From Moniliella sp. 'wahieum' (Eukaryota), in NCBI GenBank assembly GCA_003971905.1, contig RSEE01000016.1:744001-808000 (forward strand): a DNA stretch of 64,000 bases, written 5' to 3'. Under the pieces are notes generated by a model. That model had not been told where the DNA came from, ran no database searches, and saw nothing but the letters and a program-made list of their open reading frames with translations. Below, one piece after another: positions 24,015 through 36,031 of this stretch (positions within the stretch are counted from its first letter, which is position 1; every line of letters begins with the position of its first letter). The position numbers were made by a program, and so were the translations under genes.

Positions 24015-27000
24015 CTAACACCACCATCCTTCCTTGTCCACGTTGACAGAATGCCGCTTTTCGCCCAGTGCGGGCCAGTCAGCCGCCGAGAAGGCTGGTG
24101 GGCGATGGACGCGCGCGCGGGCGTGGATGGGATTTTGTCGCGGCGGGGGCCATGCGGGGGGTCTGAGGTATCGGGGTATGTTCTGGGGCGAAGCGAACAA
24201 CCTTGGGGTGGGCTGGCGGAGCAACGGGAGCAGAGGACGAGCTGGCAGCCGTCTGGCTTCCAGCTCAGTAATCTTGCGCTTCAACTCCTCGTTCTCCTTC
24301 TGGCTGGCCTCAGCCTGAGCCTGAGCCTGCTCCAACTGAGAGCGGTCCACAAGAGTGCTTTTGAGCTGTGTCACCTCCTTCTCCATGGCGTCAAAGTGGG
24401 AACGGTACTCGTCGAGCTCCGTACGAAGCGTCTGCTCAAGCAAAATGGGTTAGTTACGTCTGATAGGATATAACAAGTCGGGCACGCACCTTCTCCGTCT
24501 CTTGAGCGGTCCTTAGTTGATCCTGGGAGGGGCCAGCTTGTTCGAGCTGCTTCTGTAGCGTGGTAATATTGGCTTCAGCCGTGCGAAGTAGGCTCGCCGT
24601 CTTGTCTGCATCCCCTGCCCGGCGAGTAGCGTCTGCGAGCTGTGTTTCCTTACCAGCCAGAGTGTCATTTTGGGTGGCCAACAAGTCAACCAGCTCAGCC
24701 AGCTTCTCGTCTTGCTCAGCGATACGGCACCGTAGCTCGGCTTGCTCGCCCACGGAACGGGCAGCGGCCATATTCTGTTCCGTGACGCGGGCATCCGCCG
24801 AAGACTGAACGTCGAGCAGGCGTAAGGCCAGTAGGTCCACCTGCTTCCGTGCCGCCGTAACCGCCGTCTCAGCAGACTCAAGGCGCCGTTGCTGGCTTAG
24901 TGCATGAGCGTTGTGCTCCTCGCGCTCGACACGCACGCTGCGCGAGCAACTTCGGCTTCGGTCAAGCTGTCCTGGATACGATCCTTGGCGTCCTGGAGAG
25001 CATCAGCCAGTTTGTTCACCCGGCCCTCGGCGGCAACCTGGGCCAAGCGAGCCTTCTCGAGTTCATGATGAGCCTCATTTTGTGCCTCCCGTGCCTTCAT
25101 AGCCAGATCACGCTGGGAGCTGACCTCCGATTCCGATTGACTCAAGCCGTTTCACCTTCAGCCTGAGCAGCAGCGACGCGTACCGACTTGAGGTTCTTCT
25201 CGAGCGACTCAACGTATGCCCGCTGGGCCTTGACCTCGGCCACAGCGCCACGGCAGACAGAATCCCTCTCCTTAAGTTCATGATGCATCGCCTCGACCTT
25301 GGCTTCCAGCACAGTCTTGGCTTCTTCCAAGTCGGACAGGCGTGATATCATCGTCTCGTCTACCGCGGCAAGTGTGTTCATCTTGGCCAAAATGGAACCG
25401 TAGGCATCCTTAGACTCGAGTGTAGCCGCGACCAGCTGCTCACCCGTCGTCCTGGCCATCTGTGGCAGCATGCGCATCCCGTCCAGCGTTTCCTTTTGGG
25501 TGCCAAGGAACTGAACCAAGCCCGAATTAGTCTTCTCCTGCTTGAGACCCAGCGGTTCGACAAGTGCGATAGCAGGCTCCAAATCCATCTTGTGGTCTTG
25601 CAAAACGATTTTGAATGCTTTGATGACCTCCTCTGTTGAAACAGCAGACTCCTTGACCGTGACGGATGATGTGGAAGGTGCGTTGGGAGCAAGAGGAGGG
25701 ATGGAACGCTGGACCATCTTCTGGTGCTGTGCGTACGACTCCTCCAGATGCTGGTTGCGTGGACAACCCAATCGTCAAACACACTCTCCGTTTGCTCCCG
25801 CACGTCACGAAGGAACTCTTGAATCATAGAAGAGACCATTGGACGAATGAGGTCGCTAACCAAGTCGGCCGTACGCTCCGCTTCATCATCGTACTTGGTA
25901 TATTCTTCCACGATCTGAGCCACGTTGGTTACCAGCAGTCCCGTAATCAGGTCCGGGTCCAGCTCCTCTTCCTTGAGACGCTCTAGCTGTGGTGTGATCG
26001 CCTTGATAACCGCCATCTCCAGCTCATCGGCAAAGGAGTCCTGGCCCTGTTGGATGAGAAGAGCCAGCCGTTCCATACGCGTCTGCACATACAACCCCAC
26101 ATCCTCCGCGCTTTGCTGGAGTGATGCAAACGAATCCAACTTCTCTGTTGCTCGCTCCATGCGAGTAACTGACAAGGCCAATGGCGAGCCGTCGGGAGGA
26201 GGACCCATGAGGGCCATCTGGATGACAGAGATGCCGGTGTTCAAACTGTTGCGCAAACGGAACCCAATAGTTGTCGCAACACGGCCCAAGCATTCGTCAG
26301 ATAACTTGGGGATCAATGTCTCCTTCTCCCTCGACTGGGACAAGATGGGACGAGCAATTTGAGGCACAGCATTGCCGAGGGCTGTTTTGAATGGGCCCAA
26401 CGAACGATCCAAAATGGATTGGACCAGCTCGAAATCAAGCTCGCCTTGCTCGTTCAGGTCGGGATGATGGCGTGGCTTGTTTGTTCCAGCTCCGGCCCTC
26501 AGGCCCATTGTCCAGATCATCTTGTTGTCCTAGCTCATTCCAGGTAGGGGGCGCATCGGATCCAAGTTCGACCATCCGCCCCGTTTCGTGCGGCAGATCA
26601 CGGCGACCGGGCCACCGGACTAGACCAGACGGGTCCATGGCCGAATGCATCTCGCGGACCAACTTATCCACCCACACATCCACACTCGACTCAAGTCGAC
26701 GCGCCAGCTCATCCACCACATCTTCTTCCGACTCGTCCAAGCCGCCGGTCGAATCCGTATCTTCGTCCCCGCCGTCTGACCTGACCGAAGTCGTCCGGCT
26801 CGCCACGCTCCCGCCCTCCAAAGCCCAGCCATGAGTTCCAACAGAAAGATGGGCAGTATCGGGAGGCGCCAACGCGTGCTTGACTGCCTCCGTACCTGAC
26901 ACGGGGGTAACAGAAGAGTCAGACTCACATCCGGGGCTTCGGATGGTGGTGACTTTGCCTTGTCCTTATTGCCCGCCTCTGGTAAAGTGCCCGTCTGCTC

Positions 27001-30000
27001 CGCCGAATCACTGCTGGAGAAGGAGGAAGAGAGCGAGTCGGTCTCGCTCAGGATGCGAGCGTGGTCCAGCTTGGACATAACCCTGGGCAAGTTCGTTGCC
27101 TCTTCCTGGGGGGGACGTCCTGGGAGGATATCATCCCCCTTTGCATACATGTCCGCAAGGATATCAGCGACGCTCATGCCGACTTGGTGGCCACGATTGT
27201 TGGGACGGAAATGGTGATGGGTTTGGCCATAGGAGGGACAAAGTCGGGCAACGATGCGCCCGAGTGGGGGGTATCTTTGGTGGGATGACCCAAAACGTTC
27301 GACGTAGTCCCAGAGTTGGTCTTGCCCATTGCGTCCGCGGAATGAATAAGGGTGACCAAGAGGTTTGAAGGCGGGAGCAGACGCATTGAGGGTGTTGCCC
27401 CCAAGAGCAAGGAGCTTGTCGGCTGGTAGTTCGGACGAGGGATCCGATGCACCCACCGTTGAGTTCCATTTGGAGTAGGAAGTCGACCTCTCGTGGCCCG
27501 ACCACTCTTCAGCAGAATCCTGGGTTCGATTGAAGTAAGGATGCACAGGCACATGGGGGATCCGATGGGACCGGCCATGATGCAAGGACGACCAAGCAGG
27601 CTCGGCCGAATCGATAAAACTGGGACGCGAGCGGTGTTGCAAAGGCGAACGGTGGACCGGACCCTTTGCTTCGTCCAACTCCTGCGTCATTTCCTCATCC
27701 TCGTGATTGTCCTCTTCCTCTTCCTCGCCAAATGTTCCGTAGGCGTCATCCTCGTCTGATGGGTTGGAGATCATATCCTGCTCTTCGGGGGGGTACCGAG
27801 AACTGCCTCCAATATCGGCGAGGGGGGGTAGGCTCGAACGTACAGACATGGAAGCAGACTGCGGCGGCAATGACAGGCCTTCGCGAGGGATTGGTGGGGG
27901 GCTTTCGCCCAGGGAATTGCCAAGCAAGACTCGGTCGCCCTCACCAATGCTCGAAGATGGAAGTGTCTCGCAGGTCAAGGTGCGGTGATGAGCTGGGGGG
28001 GGGGGGGAGGGGAGAGCGGCCTTGAAGCAGGGCAGACTCATGCAGTCGGTGGAAGTCATCGTCCGAGTCATGATGAAGTCGATCATCTGGTGCGGACGAG
28101 TGCGCGTCAAGATCGGAATATTCCTCCATCACCGTCGGTTGCAACACGGGCGACAAGGTCGTGTGTAGCGGCAGCGAACCGAATGCTGACAAGCGGGGAA
28201 CCCCGGTCAAACGATGCGGTGGACGGTATGGTGAAGTATCCTGCTCCATGTCCGAGGCATCAGCATCCTCAGATGGGTTGGTGAGAAGCTCTTCAGGCAC
28301 GTCCTCATCTTCTGTGGCCACATGCTGAGCCAGCAACGACTCTGGCTCAATCATCTGCGACGGCATGGGCGTCGGTACACGATCCAGGTCAGGTGACCTA
28401 TTGCCGAGATCATGTCCCAAGCCGGGATGAGAAGTCTGCCAGCTTCCATAGCGGGAGGGATAAGAGGCATTTCCCGAAAGTGGGGAGTCGGGGGTCGGAT
28501 CGCGGGAGATAGGCCGAGTCTTGCCTGCATCAAGAGCAGGGCGGCTGAGTCCGATTTGGTCTCCCTCTCTGGAGGAGGAGGGGAGGGATAACCCAGTTTC
28601 GGGGAGGGCGCCAATGAGTAAGGGGGCGCAGAGCGACCGTTGCGAGAACGAACATCCTCGTCATCCGAGCCTCCAAAGTCAGATAGGGTAGGTAAGCCAA
28701 GCGCAGCAAAGATCTCCTTGCCAAACGGCCCGCCTGATGAGGAGAGATCGAGTGAATATTGAGGTTCATGCTTGTTCCGAAGCGCGCGAGTGCTGTGAGA
28801 CGAAGAAGATGGAGGGCGAGTGCGCGCTTCGTCAAACACATTGATCTGGGGCAGAGGAGCCAACGGCTTCGGAGGAACTGTAGGTGTTGCGAGTGAACCC
28901 ATAGTGGGAAGTTCCACGGTAAGATACCTGCGAGAGGGGCGTTCTTGCGCCTGATCCTCATGCGGTGACGACCGGACATTTTCTTCGCCCACGCCAAGTG
29001 TTTTCTCGGATATATCTTTCATCATGCGGAGTCGTCGTTAACATCAGGCATGGAAGGGAACAGTGACGGAGAGTGCAGGAACGCGTCGGGGGAGTCCACA
29101 ATATTGGGCTGCCGAGGCAAATCCTCAGCCTCAGAGGCCATAGCAACATCCTCAGTTGACTGTACCACCTCCGCCTGATCATCTGATTTGTCCCCTTCTT
29201 CGCGGAGAGATTCATCAGAAGACAAAGAATCTTCACTCTTTTCTTGTTCGGTCGTCTCTTCAGCCACGTCCGGCATATCTCCATGGTGGGTTGTTATACT
29301 GTGGCAGGTCGATATCCGCAGCCTTGGCCTCAATGTCCACCCCATGGGCATCTTCCTCTCGCACCCACTCAGCATCAGGGATTTGATATGACAAGGGAAC
29401 GTCTTCATCGACGCGACGCGTACTCAGCTACAAGCGTAAAAGGTCAGTATTCAGAAAGAGAGGTATAGTATACAGAAGAACGTACGACTGAGTTGGTATC
29501 CTCGGAGGGCAGCGGTGACTGGTGTTGAAGTAATAGTTGCTGGTGCTCAGCCATCTGGGCCTGGACTGCCTCAGCCGCAGCCCGTTCACACTCTCTCGCG
29601 CGCCAGTGGACATACCCATTCCACGCACGGTATGGCGGCAGGGGCATGGCAACCATCAATGCGTCCGGGAGAGAGATAGGGTGCAGCTCTTCCACGTGGG
29701 AGGACGACTGATGGCCTGAAGCTGAATATTCATCCAGGGGAAGATGCGAGCGATGGGCGACTCGTGGTTTTCCACAACTGGGCCCGCCCAATCGGGGGCG
29801 GCGCTCAGCTCGGGACCAGGGATACGGGCACGCCACAAAGCACGGCGGTGGTCAACTGCCCGGAGAGCCAAAAGTCGGACCTTCTGCTCCTCCCGCTCGA
29901 CAGCACTTTCGGTGACAACCAACGGACGTGGCGAAATAGAGCGGGGACGGGACGAGTTCAGCTCGGAAGGAAGGAGGGTCTTCCGATTCGCCTCCTTCCG

Positions 30001-31647
30001 ATTCGTCTCCCTCCCCTTGGCTGTCTTCATCGGATCCGAGGCTCGACGAATCCAGTCGTTCGTCGGCCAAGTCATTGTTGAGCTCATCCCCAACTTCAGC
30101 TTCAAGGGCCAGAGCCTCCTGTCGCAGCGCTGGGGGCAAAAACGGGTGGGGCCCGTCTTCCGGGTATCGGATTTCGGACGGGAGTCGAACAGCAATGAGC
30201 TTTCTAGTCACCTGTGTGGATACAGTAGGTGGAACGGAAGAGTCCCCAGCAGCCTTGGGTGCCTGGTCTTGGGTAGCACTTTGCCCTTTGGGTGGGTTAA
30301 TCTGGGACGCCAACATATAGGCAAATGCTGCCGGATCCATCTGGACCGAGGGCGTGCTGTTGTGGCCCGTCGTCTTGAGAGGCTGGTGTACGATTCGCCC
30401 TCCTCTCCCACGAGTGGCAGCGGAAGCAGGAGGGGGCGCATTAGCGCTCATACTGCCTCGGCGCGAAGGAGGCGGGCTGGTGTAGAAACCGAAAGGGTAG
30501 TTGATAGACGGCGGGCATGATGGCCCGGGGGCTGAAACCGTGGGGGGACCCCAGCTGCGGACGGTTGCGACTGGAAGGGGGGTGGAAAGGAGCCACCAAA
30601 AGACGGGAGGGAGCAAATGCAGAACCCCAGGGTGGAGCATTATTGCCGTTCGGGCTCGGATTCGAGTTGGGACTACCAGGTGCGTACGGCGTCGAACCGG
30701 TAGATGAGCGAGGCTGACTCTTGGGAGAAGGTGTGAGGGACAGGGTCGCGCTATGACCATGGTGTACCCCATGCGAGATGGTGGGGCCAAAGAAGGAAGA
30801 GGAGCAGGGGTTGCTGGGCTTGTACCTGAGCGTGCCGCGACAAGGCCAGTCCTGCAAGAGACCCTAGTGCGACTGATCCGGACCGCTGGCGCTGTCCTGC
30901 TTCTGGATCGGCCGCACCGGCATTGGCTTGGTCTAAGATGGGAGAAGGGGATTTCCCGGGGGGTAACCCCACCAAGCTGGAACGCCGCATAGCTTCGGGA
31001 ACAGGGAACCCAAAGCCCCGGGTTGGTGTCGTTGGTGGCATTTGGTACATCATAGGCATTCGTAGGGGAGTGCCGCACTGGGAAGATGGCTGGAAGGGGG
31101 CACATAGTTGCTTGGCTCCTGCCTATGCTCATCGACTGGCGGTAAACCTCCGGGGCCCACCTGCCGAGGGAGACCATGGGGCAAAAACGGGGGTGGACCA
31201 AACTGAGGACCAAAATGGTCGGGACTCGATTCAGGCATGCCATAGGGAGACACGGCGGGGGGCGTGCGAAGGAGGGCACGAATGGTGGCGCAGTCGTCGC
31301 AGATGGCTTGGGGAACGTTGCGCTTGAGGGAGTAAAGGCGGGCGCGGAAGCGCTAAGAGACCCTGTCGTGAGAGAGGAGGGGGACCCGATGATAAGCCAC
31401 CGTTTGAGGCGGGAAGAGCAGCATCGACAGAATGCGTCGGCTTGTTGCTAGCGTTGGGAGTAGGGGTAAGCGCAGGCGCAGGCGCAGGTGCAAAGGGAAG
31501 AGTGAACATGTTGGCAGCAGCAGGGGTGCTGGAGGCCACGTTGCTGCCTACATTGCGTTGGGGAATGAAGATGGGCGCCATGTCATGATGGCTAGGACGC
31601 CGCATGGCCAAAGATGCCTGGTGCTCGGGAGGAGATGGCATGGGCAT
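24015..31647 (-). CDS. upa2: Upa2-like scaffold of endosomal mRNA transport (PAM2 motif, coiled coil, C-terminal GWW)
   Basis: About 7.6 kb chain of minus-strand ORFs; Pro/Ser-rich N-half; PAM2 TLNASAPAFKP (27361-27393); long heptad coiled coil ~24250-25400; ends DKEGWWC-stop; introns ~24432-24489 and ~29428-29485. Confidence 0.8.
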
Positions 31648-32620
31648 GACCAGCTCGTACGGCAGGGTAGCGGCGGGCTGGCGGGGCTAGCAGGGCTGGC
31701 GGGGTGCGGATGGCGCGTCAGCGGAAGAAGATGGGGATAGAAGGGGACGGCGTGGGGACAAGGGAAGGTGGCCTGTGGGCCTCACTCACCCAATGCGGAA
31801 CAGGGCTGGAGCGCACGGTGGAGTCTGTCCACGAGGGCGGGGAGAGGGGCTGAGAGAGAGGGGTCGGATGGAGGGGGAGCGATGGGGCAGCAAGTGTGGT
31901 CAGCGGGCCGACGGCAACGACGATGACGACGACGGAGGCGGCGACACACCCACACACGGCGCAGTGCGAGATGGTGGTGGAGGGGGCAACGGGGCGAGGG
32001 GGGTGAGCCGGGGCTGGCTCTACAGCCTGGCGGCTGCTGGCCCCCGCCCGACACCCGCCACATCGGCGCTGCCCGCCCGCGCGCCGCCAGCAGCACCTGC
32101 GCCACACCCCCGCCGCCGCCACACTGCCCCCCTGCCCGCCCCGCCTCCACCTGTGCCATTTAGTTCATGGCCTGCAATTAACACGCAATTGCTCAATTTG
32201 TGTTCTTCTCGGTTGCCCCGGTTAATCATGCGGGTGCCGTGCGACGCCAGCAGTGTCCTCTTGTCCTCTTCTGGCGCCCCCCGCCAAGCTGGTGGGCAGG
32301 CGACGTCGACAGCACAACGCATCACTGTGACGCGCGCCGTTTTGGGAAAGTAAGCGCTTCGACACACCCCATTGCTCTGCCTCTTCCCTCATCTATATAC
32401 TCCCCACCCTGATTCTCCCCTCCAGTAATGCCCGTCTAACCTTGGTCTATTCCACACGACTGCCAGAAACCCGAAAAGGAACAGCTCAGGGCCCAACAAG
32501 TGTAAATGCCATCGAGTCCACGGTTTGATACGGGGTTTCCCCTTTGCTGGCTCTGGCTGCACGGTGGCCCAATGTTGCTATACAATACTTGTTATATTAA
32601 ACATCGGGAATCAATCACCA

Positions 32621-32702
32621 GGGTTCGTGGTGTAGTGGTATCATGCCTCTTTAGGGCGGTTGCTCATAGAGGTGGTCCTCGGTTCGATCCCGGGCGGACC
32701 CC
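32621..32702 (+). tRNA. tRNA-Pro(AGG) with a 10-nt intron
   Basis: Acceptor GGGTTCG/CGGACCC; A-box TGGTGTAGTGG; anticodon stem CCTCT/AGAGG with loop TT-AGG-G[CGGTTGCTCA]T; T-arm CTCGG-TTCGATC-CCGGG. Confidence 0.93.
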
Positions 32703-32703
32703 G

Positions 32704-32710
32704 TTTTTTT
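32704..32710 (+). terminator. RNA polymerase III oligo-T terminator of the tRNA gene
   Basis: T7 run immediately 3' of the tRNA. Confidence 0.85.
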
Positions 32711-33144
32711 GATGGTCCTGTCCTGGTTTTAGTCACTGTGTGTCAGTCTGTGAGGTCTGAGACTCTCGTGGTATTGCAAGACCATCATTTATGCAAGCCA
32801 GGCTGTCACGGTGTAGTCCCTTTTTAGAGACGACCTAGCAGGGATCACAGAGGGCGTGTGTCCTTCGCTACTCCTCGTAGCACCAGCGGAGGAGGAAACG
32901 ATGAATAGCCAACACACAGAAACAGGACAAACCACTGAGATCAGACCGCATCGTCTGTCCCCCCTTCGATATTCCCTCTTAGCTCCGCACATTCTTGCAT
33001 TTCCCTCGGCCCCAAAACCTTTCGCAGCGCCAAGCAGCGTTGCCGGGGCATGTACCCATCGGTCCAAGGGGAAGACCAAAATGAAGCTGAAAGCAGACAG
33101 GGCGTACCGGCAGAACCCCAACCCTATCAATGTTCACGCTCATG

Positions 33145-36031
33145 TCAGCAGGAACGGGTGTGGTTGTGGCAATCGTAGATACACAAGAGCAAAAACAAGA
33201 GAAGAGACCCCCCCAGGCGAGAAACAAAAACAAACGAGGGATACGAGGGAAAGGAGCACAGGAATGGCAACGTGGAAACAAAACGATGACGGCCGCTGCA
33301 CAGCTGCAAAACTGCACTTACAAGTGCACGGCAGCAAGTGTGGATGGGCCAATCCAGGGATTCCAGTACGAAGAAGGAGAAAGGTGAGCCATTTGACTCA
33401 CATCGGATACGGAGGTCGCCCCGCCGGCGAATCTTTGATGTACATTCGCCCCCGCCCGGCCCTTGCTTGAACTTGCCCTCGGCCACGGGATACACCACGT
33501 GCGGACCATCGTCGTCCGTTCGCCGGGCGGTGACTGTGGCGCGAAGAAGACGGGTGAGTTTCTTGCCTTCCTTGGAGGGAAGCGCGTTGCTTCGGCCGCT
33601 GGCAAAGGGGGGCGCTGTGGCTCGACAAAACGAGTCTTGCGTAGCATGTTGGAAAAGCTCTTGCGCGGGGAGACAGGACCGGGTTGAGAAGGGTTTGGGG
33701 AAGCGTTTGGCTGCTGTCGGAGCTCTCCGAAGGAGAATAAGGGTAGGATGCCGTGCTTGGTCCTGCGTCCAGGGAAACATTATCAGAGACCCAACGCTGC
33801 GCCCCCGACCTGCCGGCTGGACCGAGGCACCGGCCGGGAATGTGGTGGAAAAGGTTGGACTGCTAGCCTCGCTCCGCTGCCAAGCCCGTTCACGCGAGAC
33901 GGTACTGGGCTCGTGAGAGGTATCGAGGTGGGTCGAAATCGGCTTGATTCGCAGCGCGGCCCCGTTGGCACCCATAATGTGCGGTGCAGCAGGCCCGCTG
34001 CTTGCCGAGCTACTGGCAGTCGAATAGTTGCCAGATAACCCATCGGGCAAGGGGGAACAATATGCGACCCTTGCGCTTGCAAGTTGGTGAGCTGTTCCAG
34101 GTGCGATTGGAGCAGCTGGATGTGCGACTGCATCTGCCGTTCTTGGGGTGAGTGAGCTGCTCCCACTGGATAGGTACAGAGAGTGCGGAAATAGCACTGG
34201 AGGGGGGGCAATCGACCCGGCTGGCTGCCTCAGCTGGCTTACCAGAAGCGACTCCAACATGCCTGGCGAAAAAATGGTCAGCACAAACCGAGGTTGGCGT
34301 GAGGGGGAAGGGAGGGGGGGGGGCATACCAATCTTATCGGCCAAATAACGATAGCGTTCGTCATCTGGGCCGCTACTCTCGGTTTCAGCAGGGAGATTGG
34401 TGGCACCATCGTTAGGTCCAATCGAGCTAGACATAGTCTGAGATTGACTGTCCTCGGGGATAGACGCAACCGGGGGTGGGAGCCCATACCGGAATATTGG
34501 GCCAAGCCCACATCAGCACCAAGGGGGGGTTGGTACATCCGACTGACCGACTGTGCTTGCGCCCGTGGATCATGGGGTAACGTCGAATACTGAGGGTGTG
34601 CATAGACATTGCCATTCGGGAGCGAGGCCGAGCGGTAATAGGCCCCTCCAGGGCTCAGAGGCCGCTCGCTGTCCGCCATGCCAGCCCCGATCGTAACAGA
34701 GTGAGAACGAGCGTAGGAGCCGGGCGCACTCGACTCGGGCGAGACGGTTCGCGGGATGGAGGGTCGCCTTGATCGCGACGGGGACATGCCGAGCTCTTGG
34801 GGTGTTGTTGACAATCTGCGACGTGGGTCTCGGGGTGGACGAGAGATGTGCGCTGAACCAGACGGAGCTAAGCCAGGAGCGGTCGAATCGCTGACGGTAG
34901 GAACCTCGTATTGGCGCTCTTCCCTTGCTCGTCGTGATCCACTGTTCGAGATGAGGGCCCCGAGTGAGACGAGGCTGTGCGGCTCATACCATGGTCAGTG
35001 GAATAAGAGCTTGGACCTTCAGTCTCTCGGGGGTGGGGATCGGGCTAGGTCTTGGCGCAAAATTCAACGAAGCGACGGGAGATGAGCCAGGTGGAGGGAA
35101 AGAGGTGGGAGGGTGCGCAAGTCCGCCAGTCTCGCCTACAGAGGGGGATGGGGGGAATGGATGGCCACTGGGGCAGTAGGCTCGGGCTGACTCTTGAGCC
35201 GCAAAGCCATTTGCAATTGAGCCACTTGAGCCCGCAGTGCCTCGAGCTCAAAGGCTTCCGGGTTCAAGTCTTCACCCAGCCCTTCCGAGGGACTAATTGA
35301 CGGCACGACCGATTGGGCGATGGCAGAGGCCACTGGGTCTCCTCTTGCGTCGACTAGAACGGGTTGTCTCCTCCGTGTCGGTGAATTGATCATCCTCGTC
35401 ATCACCCTGCCAAGAGTTAGGGGTGGTAGCCGGGCGAAAGTAGCTTGTCTGGTCTGGCTTGCCGGGTAAGCCAGGTACAGGCAATGAAGGTGTGCGGAAA
35501 GAAGAAGGGGAAGGTGACCCCGCAGAGTGGGGGCCAGGTGGGGCACGCGGGCTGGTCAGGTTCGTTGGGGGCGAAAGCGTAGCCAGTGTGTCAGGGTCCA
35601 AGTGGATCGCCCAGGTGCGGTGTCCTCACTCGAGTTACCTCGTCGATCATAACTAGATTTAGCAATCGACGTGCCGGAGGACTCGGCGGAGGAGCGGGAT
35701 AGAGCACCGGAAACAGCAGACCCGTCCAGTACACTCTCATCGTCCCATGCTGGCTCCTCCTGTTGAAACACAGTGGTGGAGGGAGCACTGCTTTGAGCCA
35801 TGCTCCTTGTCTCGTCCAGGTCTTCGCGCCATTCGGGCTGCCATTGAGCCAAGAAGCGCTCCACAGCATCAACAGTTGGGTTGTTGCATTGTTGTTGGTA
35901 TTGGCCGTCAAGTTGCCCACAAAAGAAGGCACATTAGGTGGGGTCGGCATCAGGATGCCGTTGAAGGTGGTGGCTGCCCGCGGCGAGCCACGGTTTGTTT
36001 GTTGCATAGCTGGAGGAAGGGTAGCTGCCAT
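33145..36031 (-). CDS. Hypothetical, largely disordered Ser/Pro-rich protein with a short coiled coil
   Basis: Chain of overlapping minus-strand ORFs from MAATLPPAMQQ; segments ERFLAQWQPEWREDL, FELEALRAQVAQLQ, RFVLTIFSPGMLESLL; 3' end uncertain. Confidence 0.55.

Noticed and set aside
26896..26928. Possible 33-nt GTGAGT..CAG intron in the upa2-like gene
   Set aside because: Much shorter than other introns here, and being a multiple of 3 it would not repair the local frameshift
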